A stretch of 64,000 nucleotides of DNA from Chrysomallon squamiferum (lineage: Eukaryota > Animalia > Mollusca): the NCBI GenBank assembly GCA_012295275.1, contig CM022674.1:4154001-4218000 (forward strand), in the 5' to 3' direction. The position numbers were made by a program, and so were the translations under genes. Positions within the stretch are counted from its first letter, which is position 1; each line of letters opens with the position of its first letter. Under the pieces are notes generated by a model. It searched no databases and had not been told where the DNA came from. It saw nothing but the letters and a program-made list of their open reading frames with translations. Positions 41,612-55,920 of the stretch are shown piece by piece.

Positions 41612-43136
41612 AATAATAATATTGTCATTCACAATATATATATATATATTTCTTGTTTTTCTTCTTATTATCATGACTTGCTGTTCTTGCTGTTGCTACA
41701 TCCATTTATTATCGTTTTTTTCTTTTCTTCTATCTATTCATCTGTCTCTCTGTCCATGAATTGTTCTATATATCTATTTATCCATCTATCTTTTGCTCTC
41801 TATGCATGCATGCCTGAATGGATGTGTATGTGTGTGTATATTGTAAATTCCATGATGACGGCTGTCACAACTAGAAGGGTTAAAGGTCATTGAAACTACC
41901 CTAACTTTCCAGAGTCGTACGTCAGAGTGATTTTAATACACTACGTACTGTCGTATTTTGGAATATTTATGGTTAATCGAATTGGATGAAACTCCAGGCA
42001 TCGGTTTCACTGATCGAAATGGATGGTGGAATGTTTTTTTTCTTCATCTTCTCTTTAACATAGAAGATTTTTTGTCCTCGCTGGATGCCATTTCCAGGTG
42101 CTACGGGCTCGATGCGTTACTATGACGTCATAATTATGACGTCATAATTCACGTCATGAATATGCTTTACCTCTCCAGGAAACTGTCTTATTATCGTACA
42201 GAACAATCCAACAGTCGTTAACTTGGATTGGCTCATTTTTCCAACACGTCAATAGCCGGCTCTTCTTCTGCAGACATATGATGAATTTCTTCAGAAGTTT
42301 TCACTTCCTCGTTAGTCAGAATTAAAGCGACAGAGCGACCATCCTCAGAGGAAAAGAGCAATTTATTATTAATTTTTTTTTTCTCAAATAGGTAAGGAAC
42401 CAAACAAAGAGGAAGTAATGAAGAATTGTGGGTAAAATGTCATCATCTAGTGATAATCAGTGAAAACCATCTTTTGTAACAAAAAAAAAAAAAAAAAAAA
42501 AGAATTCTGAAAAACTAAAACAATAAAGGAATCCTGGACTTGTAGAAATGTTACGGATGTTACTTGACCAATTTTTCCTTTATGAAGTTGTATTTTTCAT
42601 TCCTCTCTCGAATATTATTTAAAAACTTCCACAAACACCGAACTATTTCCTTTTTAACTTTGCCTTAGCTACTACTAAGAGAATTAGGTAACAAACATGA
42701 TTTTATACTTTCAGATTTTCTTCTCACAAAAACTTTTAAGATTTTTTTTTTTTATTTCGTGAAGGACGTTAGATTGACTGAGAACTTTGCTTTCAATACA
42801 CATTTTGGGGCTTTCAGAAAATATTATAAGCTTCCATATTCTTTAAACTGATGCTATTGACATTGTAAATTGAGTGGAATCAAGTGTCAAAGCCAGTTTT
42901 GTGTGGGTGATTTGAGAGGCTTCGTGTTTCTGGGATTGTTTGTTGTTTTGTAGTTAAGCGATATGCACTGGTGTCAAAACCATGAAGGAAAAAACACGAG
43001 TCAAGAAGAATTTTCAGTTTTCCTTCTATCGGGGAATTTTGAGAATAAATGTTGACGTTTTGCGTAATGAAATTAAATTTTTTTCCCTCATGTTTAGTGT
43101 ATCATGTAATTGCCCACATATGTATGTATGTATGTA

Positions 43137-43199
<63 letters not shown>

Positions 43200-43465
43200 A
43201 TGTATGTATGTATGTATGTGTGTGTGTATGTATGTATGTATGCATGCATGTATGAATGTATATATGTGTATGTATGTATGTATGCATGTGTGTGTGTGTG
43301 TGTATGTATGTATGTGTATGTGTGCCTGTATATATATATGTATGTATGAATTATATATGCGTGTATGTTTGTATGTATGTTTATTTGTATGTATGTCTTG
43401 TTGTATATGTGTTTAATTATCATGACAATCCGATTTTTGTCTCAGTCCTTTTGTCTTCATCGCTT

Positions 43466-43532
<67 letters not shown>

Positions 43533-44029
43533 ATATATATACACACACACACATATACACACACACACAGTCAAACACACTCACACGTGTTTCAGCACAC
43601 AAACACAATCACGGAACAAGAGAGCACGTGAGGCAGAGAGTGTCACCGAGGACTAGTTGTAAGTGGTTCCAAATCCGGTCTTCACGTGTGAGGAGTAATT
43701 GGAAACGACAAAAGCGACGTGGCAGGAAACAGCTTCGTTACGTTTTCAGTTAATTGTGCAGACAGCTACGACGGGGACGTGGAAACCTCACGGCCAGACG
43801 TCTGACACGACGTCGTGAAAGATGCACGATGAGGAAACCCTAACTAGCAGCGGAATGTTAGCAGTTTTCTTTTAAACAGAGAAAATATTTGTCAAGTGTG
43901 TCTTGTTATTGTTATATATACGTGATTAAACAGCCGTAATCTGTTTGTTTATTTGCGTGTTAGATAAATACCATGACGAGACTGAATGAGTGGAAAAATA
44001 TATAATGTACGTCATGTTATCATCGTCGT

Positions 44030-44410
44030 CATAACAACGACGTCAGTACACACAGCTTATTCATCATCGTCAATACAATGACGTCACTACACCATAATCT
44101 TCATAACAACGACGCCAGTACGCCATATCATCATCATAATCATCGTCGTCAACACAATGACGTCAGTACACCACATCATCATCATCATCGTCAACATAAT
44201 GACGTCAGTACACCACATCATCATCATCATCATCGTCAACACAATGACGTCAGTACACCACATCATCATCGTCAACAACATAATGACGTCAGTACACCAC
44301 ATCATCATCGTCAACACAAAGACGTCAGTACACCACATCATCATCATCGTCAACACAATGACGTCAGTACACCACATCATCATCATCATCAGCGTCGTCA
44401 ACATCACGAC
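44030..44410. repeat. 36-45-bp minisatellite (CAATGACGTCAGTACACCA(CAT)nCGTCAACA) with variable CAT spacer
   Basis: TGACGTCA at 44079, 44158, 44200, 44245, 44284, 44359; a mutated unit at ~44320. Confidence 0.9.
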
Positions 44411-44861
44411 ATCTTACACTTGACAGCTGTGATTGTTGTTTTGCGCTGGTTTAATCACGGACGACACGTGAACGACAATCACGCCTCCAACACGCGTGAT
44501 GTAAACGTGACTGACAGGTTTTCGATAGCAACCCGAAACCGGGGAACGTGCCTGTCCAGTGACTGACGTCATCACGGCCTCGAGCCGGTCCCGCAGTCAC
44601 TAGTGATTAGTCGAATAATCGAGGGCACGGAACAAATCCATCTGCGAGCTTGGCGGCCAGTTCGAGTTATCAGAGGTGACATGCAAGTAGCTGTTGTTAA
44701 CGAAATAACGATTGAACGTTCGTTTTGAAACATGTCCTGTCTTAAAACTTGTTAGTATGAACTGTTGTTCGATTCTTCTTCTTCTTCTTTTCTTCTTCTT
44801 CTTCTTCTTTTTTCTTCTTTTTTATTTTTTCTTGTTGTTGTTGTTGTTATTATTATTATTA

Positions 44862-44907
<46 letters not shown>

Positions 44908-45336
44908 CATTATTACTATTATTAATTTTTTAAAGATACAGCAAAACTTTTCCTTTAAGTGTATGATTTGTGATGGAGTGGATAGATAACTGAATAAATT
45001 ATGTGTTTGAAAAAAAAAACAGACAAACTTGTTTTCAGTGTTATTACGTATAAAATATGTTTGTCTGATAACTGAGGTAGAGCCTATAAAAAAAACCTGA
45101 TAGTTAGAAAATAAATAAATAAATAACAAGCAAACAAACCAACAATCAGATAAATAAATAAATAAACACTCAAATAAATAAACAATGATAAAAAAAAACT
45201 CCACAAGAACGCAGTATACAGAATGAATAGTGTTATATTAATTACTATATTCATTCAATAGTCCGCAGTCATTCATTCATTCATCACTGACTCAATTCAT
45301 GTATCCCTCTATAAAGAGAAAAATACAGCAGTTTTG

Positions 45337-45682
45337 CCCGTTCCAAACGGTAATGAGAAACAAGAGTACCAAGGTACATAATATCCCTTTCCAAACAGTA
45401 ATCAGAATCAAGAGAACTAGATTACATAATATCCCGTTCCAAACAGTAATCAGAAACAAGAGAACTAAATTACATAATATCCCGTTCCAAACAGTAATCA
45501 GAAACAAGCGAACTAAAGTACATAATATCCCGTTCCAAACAGTAATCAGAAACAAGAGAACTAAAGTACATAATTCCCCGTTCCAAACAGTAATCAGAAA
45601 GAAGAGAACTCAAGTACATAATTTCCCGTTCTAAACGGTAATAAGAAGCATCCCATTCCAGACAGTAATCACAAACAAGAAC
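45337..45682. repeat. 48-bp minisatellite (CCCGTTCCAAACAGTAATCAGAAACAAGAGAACTAAAGTACATAATAT), ~7 copies
   Basis: Units start at 45337, 45385, 45433, 45481, 45529, 45577, 45625; gives the 16-aa repeats in the ORF track. Confidence 0.92.
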
Positions 45683-46129
45683 ACGAAAGTGCAAAGTTAA
45701 GATAATAACACGAAACTCACGTAACAAACGGAGAAGACGATGAACGTCATTACATGCTAACAAATGAGGTTTCTACTCCAGTATTCCAGTCAAAAACGCA
45801 AATCAAATAAGTTATTGTAAACACGTAGGAGCGAGTGAAGGAAACAATTTTCTGAGATACTTCAGTTATATTTCGTATTGGTGTTAAATAAATTAATCAG
45901 ATACACGAATTCTTATAAGTTGGCCAAGAGAAAGAAAATTAGTTAGGCGGTTAGAGATTATGAAAAAGGGCGGTTTCAGAGAGAATTATTAGAGAGTGTG
46001 TGTGGGGTGGGGCAGTCAGGTTGTCCTGATTGACACAGATTAATAACCATGCAAACGTTTTGACCCTAACTGTTGAAATGAATGAAACAGGCTTCTTTTG
46101 GTGAATAATAATAATAATAATAATAATAT

Positions 46130-46160
<31 letters not shown>

Positions 46161-46556
46161 GTAGTAGTAGTAGTTGTAGTAGTAGTAGTAGTAGTAGTTG
46201 TTGTTGTTCTAGTAGTAGTAAATAATAATAATAAAATAATAGTAACAATACTGCTACTACTACTCCTAGTACTACTACTACTACTAATAATAATAGTAGA
46301 AGTAGTAGTAGTAGTACTAGCAGCAGCAGTAGTAGTAATAACTATTATACAGAAATAAAACTTCCCTCTTAAGGTTACGTGTAGCATTTTATTAAAACAA
46401 ACAACAAACAAGAAACAACCAAACATTTTGGGAAAGTCTGTGAATAAACGTACAGGTAAGTCCTTTAGATTAGGTCTTTATTGGTTTTTTTGTTTTCAAA
46501 TATGCTTGGCTTAGATAATTTGAAACAGTCGTATATGGACAGGACTTCCACGAGGT

Positions 46557-46606
<50 letters not shown>

Positions 46607-46859
46607 TAATATCCTACATCCCACAACCTCAACTAAACATCAACATCATCATCACCACCACCACCACCAACAACAACAGCAGACGATAACGCAGACGTAC
46701 ATACAATTATCACAGGACGTAAACTCTTTTAAAATTAACCACAGACAGTTATCACAGGAGATAACACGGTTTTAAAATTTACGATTCTGACCACCTTAAA
46801 CAAACAGAGACACACACACACACACACGGAGAGAGAGACCACTGACACTGCGAGACACC

Positions 46860-47480
46860 AAACCACTTCCAGAATCAGCTCCTGAGAGACAGGAATCGCA
46901 AAACGCCAACGAAACCCCACAAAAGGCTAAAAAAAAAAAAAAAAAAAGAACTTCTGCGAGCTGTCCTATTAATTAGAATAATCCCGCGTTCTGACAGCAC
47001 TGCCAGCGACCGGCTTTGAAAAGCCCAGTCATCCGCTTTCGCCGATAATTTGATAATCATTGGCCGGGTTTAATCGCACAGACCAATCAGCGGGCCCTTT
47101 ATGGCGGCCTAACAGCCTCGTTTTGTCCCCCCATCTATTCCGCGCGAAAATCCAATAACCGCGCGCGCACTTCGACGCTAACTTCGCTAAGAACTTATTC
47201 TGTGTAGATTTGTCGCGTGCGTCGCTCGTGCGTGATACTGCGTATTAATTTTCCTGCAGTGTGGATGTGTTTTGCGGTTAGAGATATTAATTTACAAACA
47301 GTCTCTTTATGACGTCGAGTCTGCGATTGGTTTTGGGCTTTTGACTAGGAGAGTAACCAAAAGTATTATTGAATAATAATAATAATGCACACACAATAAA
47401 TGGGAAATGTCTGCCGCGAAATCAAAAGGAGGCTACGAAGCAGAGGGATATTAATTTCGAGCATCTTTAAAGGTTCGGGC
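46860..47480. promoter_or_regulatory. CpG-rich promoter-like island with multiple CCAAT boxes
   Basis: ATTGG 47059, CCAAT 47083 and 47152, ATTGG 47326, ATGGCGGC (YY1-core-like) 47101, dense CGCG runs. Confidence 0.45.
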
Positions 47481-49846
47481 TAAGAAGGTGTCCGAGATTG
47501 ATTTTTTTTTTTTTTTTTTTTTTTTTTTGTCTGATGAAAACTAAAAGAAAAGTTTTTTTTTTCCCCGTGTTACATAATGCGTAGGAAATAGGGTCGTAAA
47601 GATTTCTCTTAGAAGTAAAATAAATTAGTTTCATATAAAGTTTAAAAAAAATGGCTTAATATCGCTTAATATATTTCGTGGCCGTAAACACAAACACACA
47701 GACATAGGTAAACTACAGACGAAGGAATACATATGAAGGCAAGTTCTGGATGAATGTGTATATGTATATGTGGGTGGGTTTTTTTTTTGTGGGAGTATGT
47801 GCAAATGCATATATACTAATTAATGTAAAAATGTGTGTGTGCGTATGTGTTTGTGTGTGTGTGTGTCTATCTCTCTGTATATACTACGTATTTGCGTGTG
47901 TCTGCGTCTGAATGTATTCAGTCGTAAATATGTTTATATATTTACTGTTTCATGTGATGTTTCACGTTATCCTAAAACACGAAAGAAATCTTCATAAATT
48001 ACATTTAAATTTTAGGAACTTGAGGTACGATTCAGCTAAATATATATATATATTTTGTCCTTTTCTCATTCTTTCCCTTTCTTTTTCTCTTTCTTTCTTT
48101 CTATCTTTTTCTTTTCCTTTCTTTTCCTTTCATTCTTTCTTTCTTTCTTTTCCTCTCCTATTTTTCTTTCTTTTCTTTCTTTCTTTCTTTTTCTTTCTTT
48201 CTTTCTTTCATGTTTTTCTTCTTTATTTTTTTGGCTGCATACGTAATTAAAGTTAATGGAAGTATTCTATTTTTTTCATTTTTTATTATTATTATTTTTT
48301 TTTACATGTTCTCTGGAAAAATAATCTGATATAAACTAAATAGTAGCCTGAAAATCCCTGGACATTATTCTCCGTCACAAAGGCAAGATTGTTTTTATTC
48401 ATTTTCTTCTTCTTTATTTTTCGTCCACATATTGACAAACTGATAAATTCTAAACGCCGAGAGCTTTCATGACGTCATAAAAAAAAGAAGCTATTTTCGT
48501 GTTCTTCTTCTTCTTCATATTTTTAGAAAAAAAAAAAAAAAAAAAATTATTATTTTTATTTTCTTTTTTCTGTTCTTTTCTTTTCTTTTTCATCTTCTTT
48601 TCCTTCTTTTTTTCTTTTCTTTCTTCTTCTCTCTCCTTCTTTTTTTTCTTCATTTTTTTTTCTCTCATTTTTTTTTTTTTTTCATTTTTTTCATTTTTTT
48701 TCATGTTTTTTTCTTTCTCATTTTTTTATCATATTAATAACTTGTGGTATAGTAGCGTATCTCAAAATACCAATCTGCGTTTTTCATTTCTTTAATGAAC
48801 ATTCCTAGGAAACCATCAAACAAAATACCGGTCGAGATAAGGCTTAAACTGCGACAATGAAAGGATTCCCGAAACCACGGCTAACCAACTCACTGCAGAA
48901 GACTGGAGATTCTGCGAGAACAGATAGCAACGACGTGCATGTGGATTTAAAAGGATCACACCTACTTAGCTGGGACATCAACAGCTACGTGTTTGTGCTA
49001 GGAGAGATGTTATTTTTGAACACGTACGCGTGTCCGCGTAAAGTGATAATTTCAGTAAAAGCCGTAGTAGGTGATGACGTTGGTGATATTTATGGTCGTT
49101 GTTGTTGTAGTAACTGTATTAGTTTTAGACATCCCAACACATATTTAAACATGCGCACAATTATTATTATTATTACTACTACTAATAATGATACTATTAT
49201 AGCACTAAAACGACAAATACTGCAACAACCACCGTTATTGTTATTAGAAATACTACTGCTGCTACTAGCACTGCCATTATTACTATTACAGTCAAAACAT
49301 GATCGTTTACTACTATCTGTCTCTGAGGTATTGTTACTTTTTACAGATAATTTTAACAGCTATTGTCACGTATCTAATGTAATTACTTCCGAGTTTCTGT
49401 TACTATTATTGTTATTTATCTTATTACGTAAAAAAAAAAAAAAAAAAAAAAAACCGACATTACTCTCAATATTAATCTAACTTGCAGAAAATATTACTGT
49501 AACAAAACAAAAGAAAAAAACATGATCCTGTTGAATTACTATCATAATACAGAATGGAAATGCAAATGACGTAATATAATGTACGATAATTTCGTTATTA
49601 AATTTACTTTTGTTTTTGTTTTTTTTTTCTTTCATTTATCTCGGTGTATGACAATTTCCTTAATGTGCAATAATTTCATTTCGTTCTGTGTTTTTTTTTT
49701 CCCCATCCAGTTGTTGTTGCATAATTCATCGGAGTTGTGGAAAGAGTTACATGTCTTGAGGGATTTGGAAATTAGTTTCCAAACATTCGAGTCAGGGCCT
49801 TTTCTGCGTGTAGAGTCTAATCATACATTTTAAGGCATTATATAAA

Positions 49847-49890
<44 letters not shown>

Positions 49891-50485
49891 ATCACACATG
49901 TACATACATACATATAAATTACACATATCACATTATGGAAACTATAATTAATACAACGAAACGATTCACGTACCGATTTTTTAAAGAATAAACAAAACAA
50001 AACGACTGTCGTTTAAAGAAAACTTTTATTAAAAAAAAAACAAAAAATAAAACCGCAGAAATAAACACGACTTACTCACACAAATTAATTTTGCAGTGAC
50101 AAATGAAATGATACAAAGTACAGGCATTGCGACACAGAATTGAAGACATTGGTGAATGAGAAGATTATGCAAAAATGAAATTTAATTTTAACACATGAGA
50201 TAAATGAGTGTAAGACATTCATTACGTGATCTTGCTCACTGCATCAGCATATATCACTAATAATATAAAGCTATGCACAGTTAACAAAAATGTGACGTTG
50301 AATTTATGTTAGTTTTAAGGAACGATGACGTCATGTCGTAGATAATACCCTTCATGAAAGAAATCTAATCCAAAAGCTTAGTAATGCTGTAGTGGACTCT
50401 TTAAATGTAATAAATTAATACATTGATATGAAAGATAATTAACCAAAATCATTATGATGATAACAGTATTTCATATATTTCATTT

Positions 50486-50519
<34 letters not shown>

Positions 50520-50657
50520 TATTATTTTTTTTTATTATATTTTTTTATATGTATAATATTCTAACCTATGAGTGGAGAAATATTTCACTGGATGTCTTTT
50601 ATTTCTATATTTCAGTATCAAGTAACTATGAATATATTATAAAAATAGAAGATTTTG

Positions 50658-50709
<52 letters not shown>

Positions 50710-50802
50710 CACTACCACTACCACTACTATTATTATTATTATAGTTTTATTGTTGATTTTATTTATTTATTAATTATTTTTATGGTTGTTGCTATCGTGT
50801 TA

Positions 50803-50875
<73 letters not shown>

Positions 50876-51623
50876 GTGTTTTTTTTTGGCTGTACTTATT
50901 CATTTGTTTGTTGCTGATGATGTTATTATTATGTTGTTGTTATTGCTATTGTTGTTGTTTTTGGTTTTAATTGTTTTTATTTTTGATATATATACGTCAC
51001 ACATCATCATCTATTCCTAATTCTAAATAATACCATGCAAACACGTTTAATACTGTTACTCCATGTTCAATATCGTAGATCAATCCTCGGAAAACTTTCA
51101 GTTAGCCTAACGCGAACGTTGTAATCCGAATATTTTTCGTTTCAAAATACTGTAACAATGGTTAACATTTTTTTTGTACAGAATACGTAATAATAATAAC
51201 ATTACGTAAAAACTAATAGCACTATTTTGTGAATATCAATTCCGGCCACTGATATGTTAACAGTTGAATGACGTCATCATAATTAATGCTAACGTCATGG
51301 TAATAATGGGTCCAGCTGCGCAGTTCTTTTGTATATATATATATTTTTTTTTTACGGTTGTTAGAATAAATAAATATATAAAAATAAATAAATAAATAAA
51401 TAAATGAAGAAATGAATGAATGAATGAATAAATAAATAATGAAAATAATGTTTACATTAACTTACTAGAATGGATTTTGTATGCATCATGCGTTATATTA
51501 AAAAAGTATATTAATGTATAGATATTTGTTTATGATATATGTTACATATGATTATAATCCTAACATATGGAATATAATATTTACATCGCGTTACATACAC
51601 CAATTAATACATTTGCAAACATT

Positions 51624-51685
<62 letters not shown>

Positions 51686-54227
51686 TAATAAAATAATCCA
51701 CACGCACAAACGCATACATACATGTCTTATACAATACAGTGAATGAATAAAATACAAATCTAGGTTAAAAATCTGCTGATTGATTCTAAACGGATTTCTG
51801 TACTCCATACAAATTGTCTGTTTTTCAACTTATGTAGAAAGGCATTTCATCGAGTTGTCGTTCTTGTTAGCTCCTATTTAGTGAAATCATAATAAAATCT
51901 TTATTGGTTGTAGTTGCCTTTGTGTTATTTTTATAGACATTATTTAGACTACTGATAAGGTATTTGTTGTTTTATAACCTAATAAAACTCGAAATATTAG
52001 TAATAACTATACTATAAGTAATATAAGAAACAGTTTTATCTAACAGCGGTAGTAACAGTAACGTTAGTGATAGAAATAATAGTACGAAATTATAGCAATA
52101 GTAGTAATACTTTTAGTAGCAGTCCTAGCAGTAATATTGGTAGCAGTAGTTATTGAAGTAGTAATGATAGCTGAAGTGGTAAAAGTAGTAGAAATGGTAG
52201 TAGTAGAAGAGGCAGTAATAGTCATAATATGAAATACTATTTCTACAGCTGTATTAATATTTGTAATGATATTAGGATCAGTAGCAGTAGTAGAAGTATT
52301 AGTGTTAGTATTAGTATTAGTATAATAATAAGTGATTATGGCATAAGAGGGAAATACATGGAAAGAAAAGAAAAAAAAGAAAAGAAATCCAGTTCTATTA
52401 GAATTAATAGAAAAAAGTAGAATTTAGCACTATATTGTTAACTGTTTTTTTTATATACATCGTACATTAACTTAGTAACAGATCTTATTTTGGGAAACAT
52501 AAATCATAGTCTATAACCTTTCGCTTTAATTAAAAACACCATTAATTAATTAAAACAATAATTTTGCCAACTTTACAAAATGCATGAAAAAAGCCCTGAA
52601 TGTGTGTTTTACATTGCTTCCACATAATGATCATTAAACTGGTTTCTTTTCTTCTGTCGTTCCTTCTTTCTGAATTGTTTTCTTTTGAGAATCTTTCTCT
52701 TCATTTCTTTGTCGTTCTGTCTTTCATATTTGTCGAAGTCGTAAAGACATAACGTTTCTTTTGCTATAACAAAGAAGAATTGGTGTTTACTCTTTCCTTT
52801 TTTTTTTTTTTTTTTTTTTTTTTCTGCAAGAATATATGTTATGGAGAGATTTATTTTAAAACGAATTTCAATTACAAACTGGATTTTTCTCTGTAAGACT
52901 GTAGAAAGAAAATGATTCCCGCCCCCCCAAGCTCTTTATGATGATATATTCGCGCAGTTTGACAATATTAATTTCCCAAGCGTAAGCTATATTTGTTGTT
53001 TGTTTGTTGTTTTTTGGTATAAAAAATGACCATGCTTTTGCATTGTTTTGTATTTTGTTCATTGTGAACAAATACCAGCTTAAACTGTAGTTCTGGATGT
53101 CCAGTTTAAACTTTTGATAATCATTAATTTATCATCCTCATGTGTATACAAATCACATTTTGAATTTCATCATCTCTGTAACTGATCATCGTCATCATGA
53201 TCGTCATCATCACCACAACAATCATAATCATCATCTTCGTCATAAATCATCATCATCTTGTTCACACATCATCATCATCATCATCATCTCCTGTCGCTTT
53301 TCTTTTGTTTTTGTGTTTTTCTCTTTTTTGTCCTTGTTTTTCTCCTACAAATTTCTGTTTGCTATTGTCAGATAATTCCATAATAGGAGACATTTTAACC
53401 TAACACCGTTACCAGATTTTCAACTCTTTTGCAACATGAAGAATTCTTTTGATGACAAAATGAACATTTTTTTTATTTTTTTTTTTTTTTTACTTTTTTT
53501 TTTAAAATGATAATTAGATAATTCCAGGAACAATCTTAAATAATTTGGCGAACTCTTTGTTCACTGCACGAATTCCCTGACAAATAAATTTTTGTTTATA
53601 ATAAACATTCCATAATCTGTGTTGGGCCCACTTCACGAAATATCAATTTCAAAATAACTTATTCGTTGCGACCATCTTTTCCAATACTTTCCTTACAGTT
53701 CCATATACTCTTGTGACAGTTCCATTAGCTCTTTTGAGAACTTCATTAACTCTTTGACAACTCCTTAAACTCACTCGAACACTTCACAATATGTCAAGTC
53801 TCTCTAAACTTAATTACAACAATTTTGCTTTCTTTTGGCAGCACACATTGTCATATATATAAAAAAAAGATTTTGTTAGAGCGGTTTCTTAAAACGTATT
53901 CTTCCGATTATTATTTTTATTTATGTTTTTTTGAACACTTGGTTACGGAGGAGCATAAGGGCCAAATCTTCGATCTCTCATTTTTTTGACCATCATTTAA
54001 AACGGTATTCCTTCTTTTCTTTCGTTTCTTTTAATATCTTCCAGCTGAATTATAACTGTCACAACTCTGCATTATCATCGTCCAACAGTCTTTTCCCCCC
54101 AAAGACGGATGTACGGAAGACCATAATGCCAAAATCTCCAACAACCGTTTGACGCTTATTTGCCAATTCATTTCAGAAGCAATTTGTCCATCTTCTTTTA
54201 TTTTTTTTACACAAATGCATATAGCTG

Positions 54228-54388
54228 TCATAACTCGACGTCTTCGTCGTCGAATTCCCTTTCAAGACTGTCTAACGTCTGCGTGCTGATGCTGTTGCCG
54301 TTGCTCATTGTCTGCGTCGCGCACGTAGACCTACTGTAGCCGCTGCTGAAAGACCCCGAAGGCCGCAATCGTTGCGTCATTTCGACTT
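54228..54388 (-). CDS. Terminal coding exon of an unidentified minus-strand gene (Ser/Thr-rich, acidic C-terminal tail)
   Basis: tttctatttcag acceptor (54389-54390), phase 1; (E)VEMTQRLRPSGSFSSGYSRSTCATQTMSNGNSISTQTLDSLEREFDDEDVEL-TGA; GC-rich; not in the ORF track. Confidence 0.68.
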
Positions 54389-54975
54389 CTGAAATAGAAA
54401 CTGTAGTTAGAAAAATAAGGCCGTACCGTTATTATTTTAAAGTTTAGTATGAAATAGGAAAACAGATACCATAAAGGATATATAGATCTAACTACCAGAT
54501 CTGTTATAATTTCATATATATATATATATTGTCTGAGATGACCATATCTCTTTCATTTACGGGCGTATATCAGTCGTACCCATTTGTACACCCGGTGGTA
54601 ACTTTACCCATTATCATGTCTCCATACCCTGCCCAAATAATGTACATCGATTTTCTATTATGAAAGAAGAACAGAATAACTTTTAACATGGACTCTATAC
54701 CTTTTATAAAGATTAAAAAAAAACAAAACAAAACTTAAATATTTTAAGCAAATTTAACATACTGAGTGGGATTGTTTTACAATTATAACATTGCTGTATT
54801 TTTAATTTTTCACATTTTTGTATGACATCAGTAACAGATCTCCCTCGGTCTTATTCCTCCAGTCCATAATTCATAAATGTAACATTACAGATTACTACTG
54901 AAAGAAATTTCCATTAAATACAAACAAAACGAAACGAAAATGAAAACGAAAAGAAAAGAAATTTTTGGTAGCTGG

Positions 54976-55120
<145 letters not shown>

Positions 55121-55809
55121 ATTATCTTTGTCTGCCTGCCCGCCTCTCGTCTTTCTGTCTATGTATCTCTGTCATAATCTTTAAACATGTATTCATACAC
55201 GTGTCTGTTTGTCGCTGTCTGTCGCTGTCTCTATTTATCTTAGTCCGTCAGATTCTCTGCAGAGTAGACCCATACATAAATCACTGTCGAACACAGACAC
55301 ATTAGAAAATTTAATTAAATCCATTACGCCAACATCCAGCGATGGATTCCGGCAGGCAAACGGAACTATTTTATTCACATCATCATTTTATTCTGTTACT
55401 GTCTCCCTCACTTTGTGCTTTTCTGTCATCGAGCCGACGGTTTGAAAAGACCAGTAGTTTTTCATCTTATTGATTTAGTTACCGTTCATGCATGACTGTT
55501 TTTGGGGAAACCTTATTATCAGCGTAGAACATCTCATCTGTCAGTTCCGATAAAAGGGGAAAATATTCAATCAGTTATCTGTGAGGATGTTTCGGCTAGA
55601 CGGGTCCGTTTTGATGCCCGGTTTCAAGAAACAATTCAGATATGCTGATTGATAGACGTGTGTCGATGGTTGTTATTTTATACGTGACTGTTTATCCATG
55701 CTCGCGAGTGTCTGTTTGTGTCTGTCTGTCTGTGTGTCTGTGTGTCTGTGTGTGTGTGTGTGTCCGTATGTGTGAACGTGCGAGAGACAGAGAGAGATAG
55801 CTAGAAAAT

Positions 55810-55920
<111 letters not shown>

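Noticed and set aside
44030-45682. CRISPR-like arrays
   Set aside because: Eukaryotic context, no unique spacers and no cas genes; ordinary minisatellites.
48857-49480. 207-aa plus-strand ORF
   Set aside because: No recognisable motif; second half is triplet repeat and poly-A.
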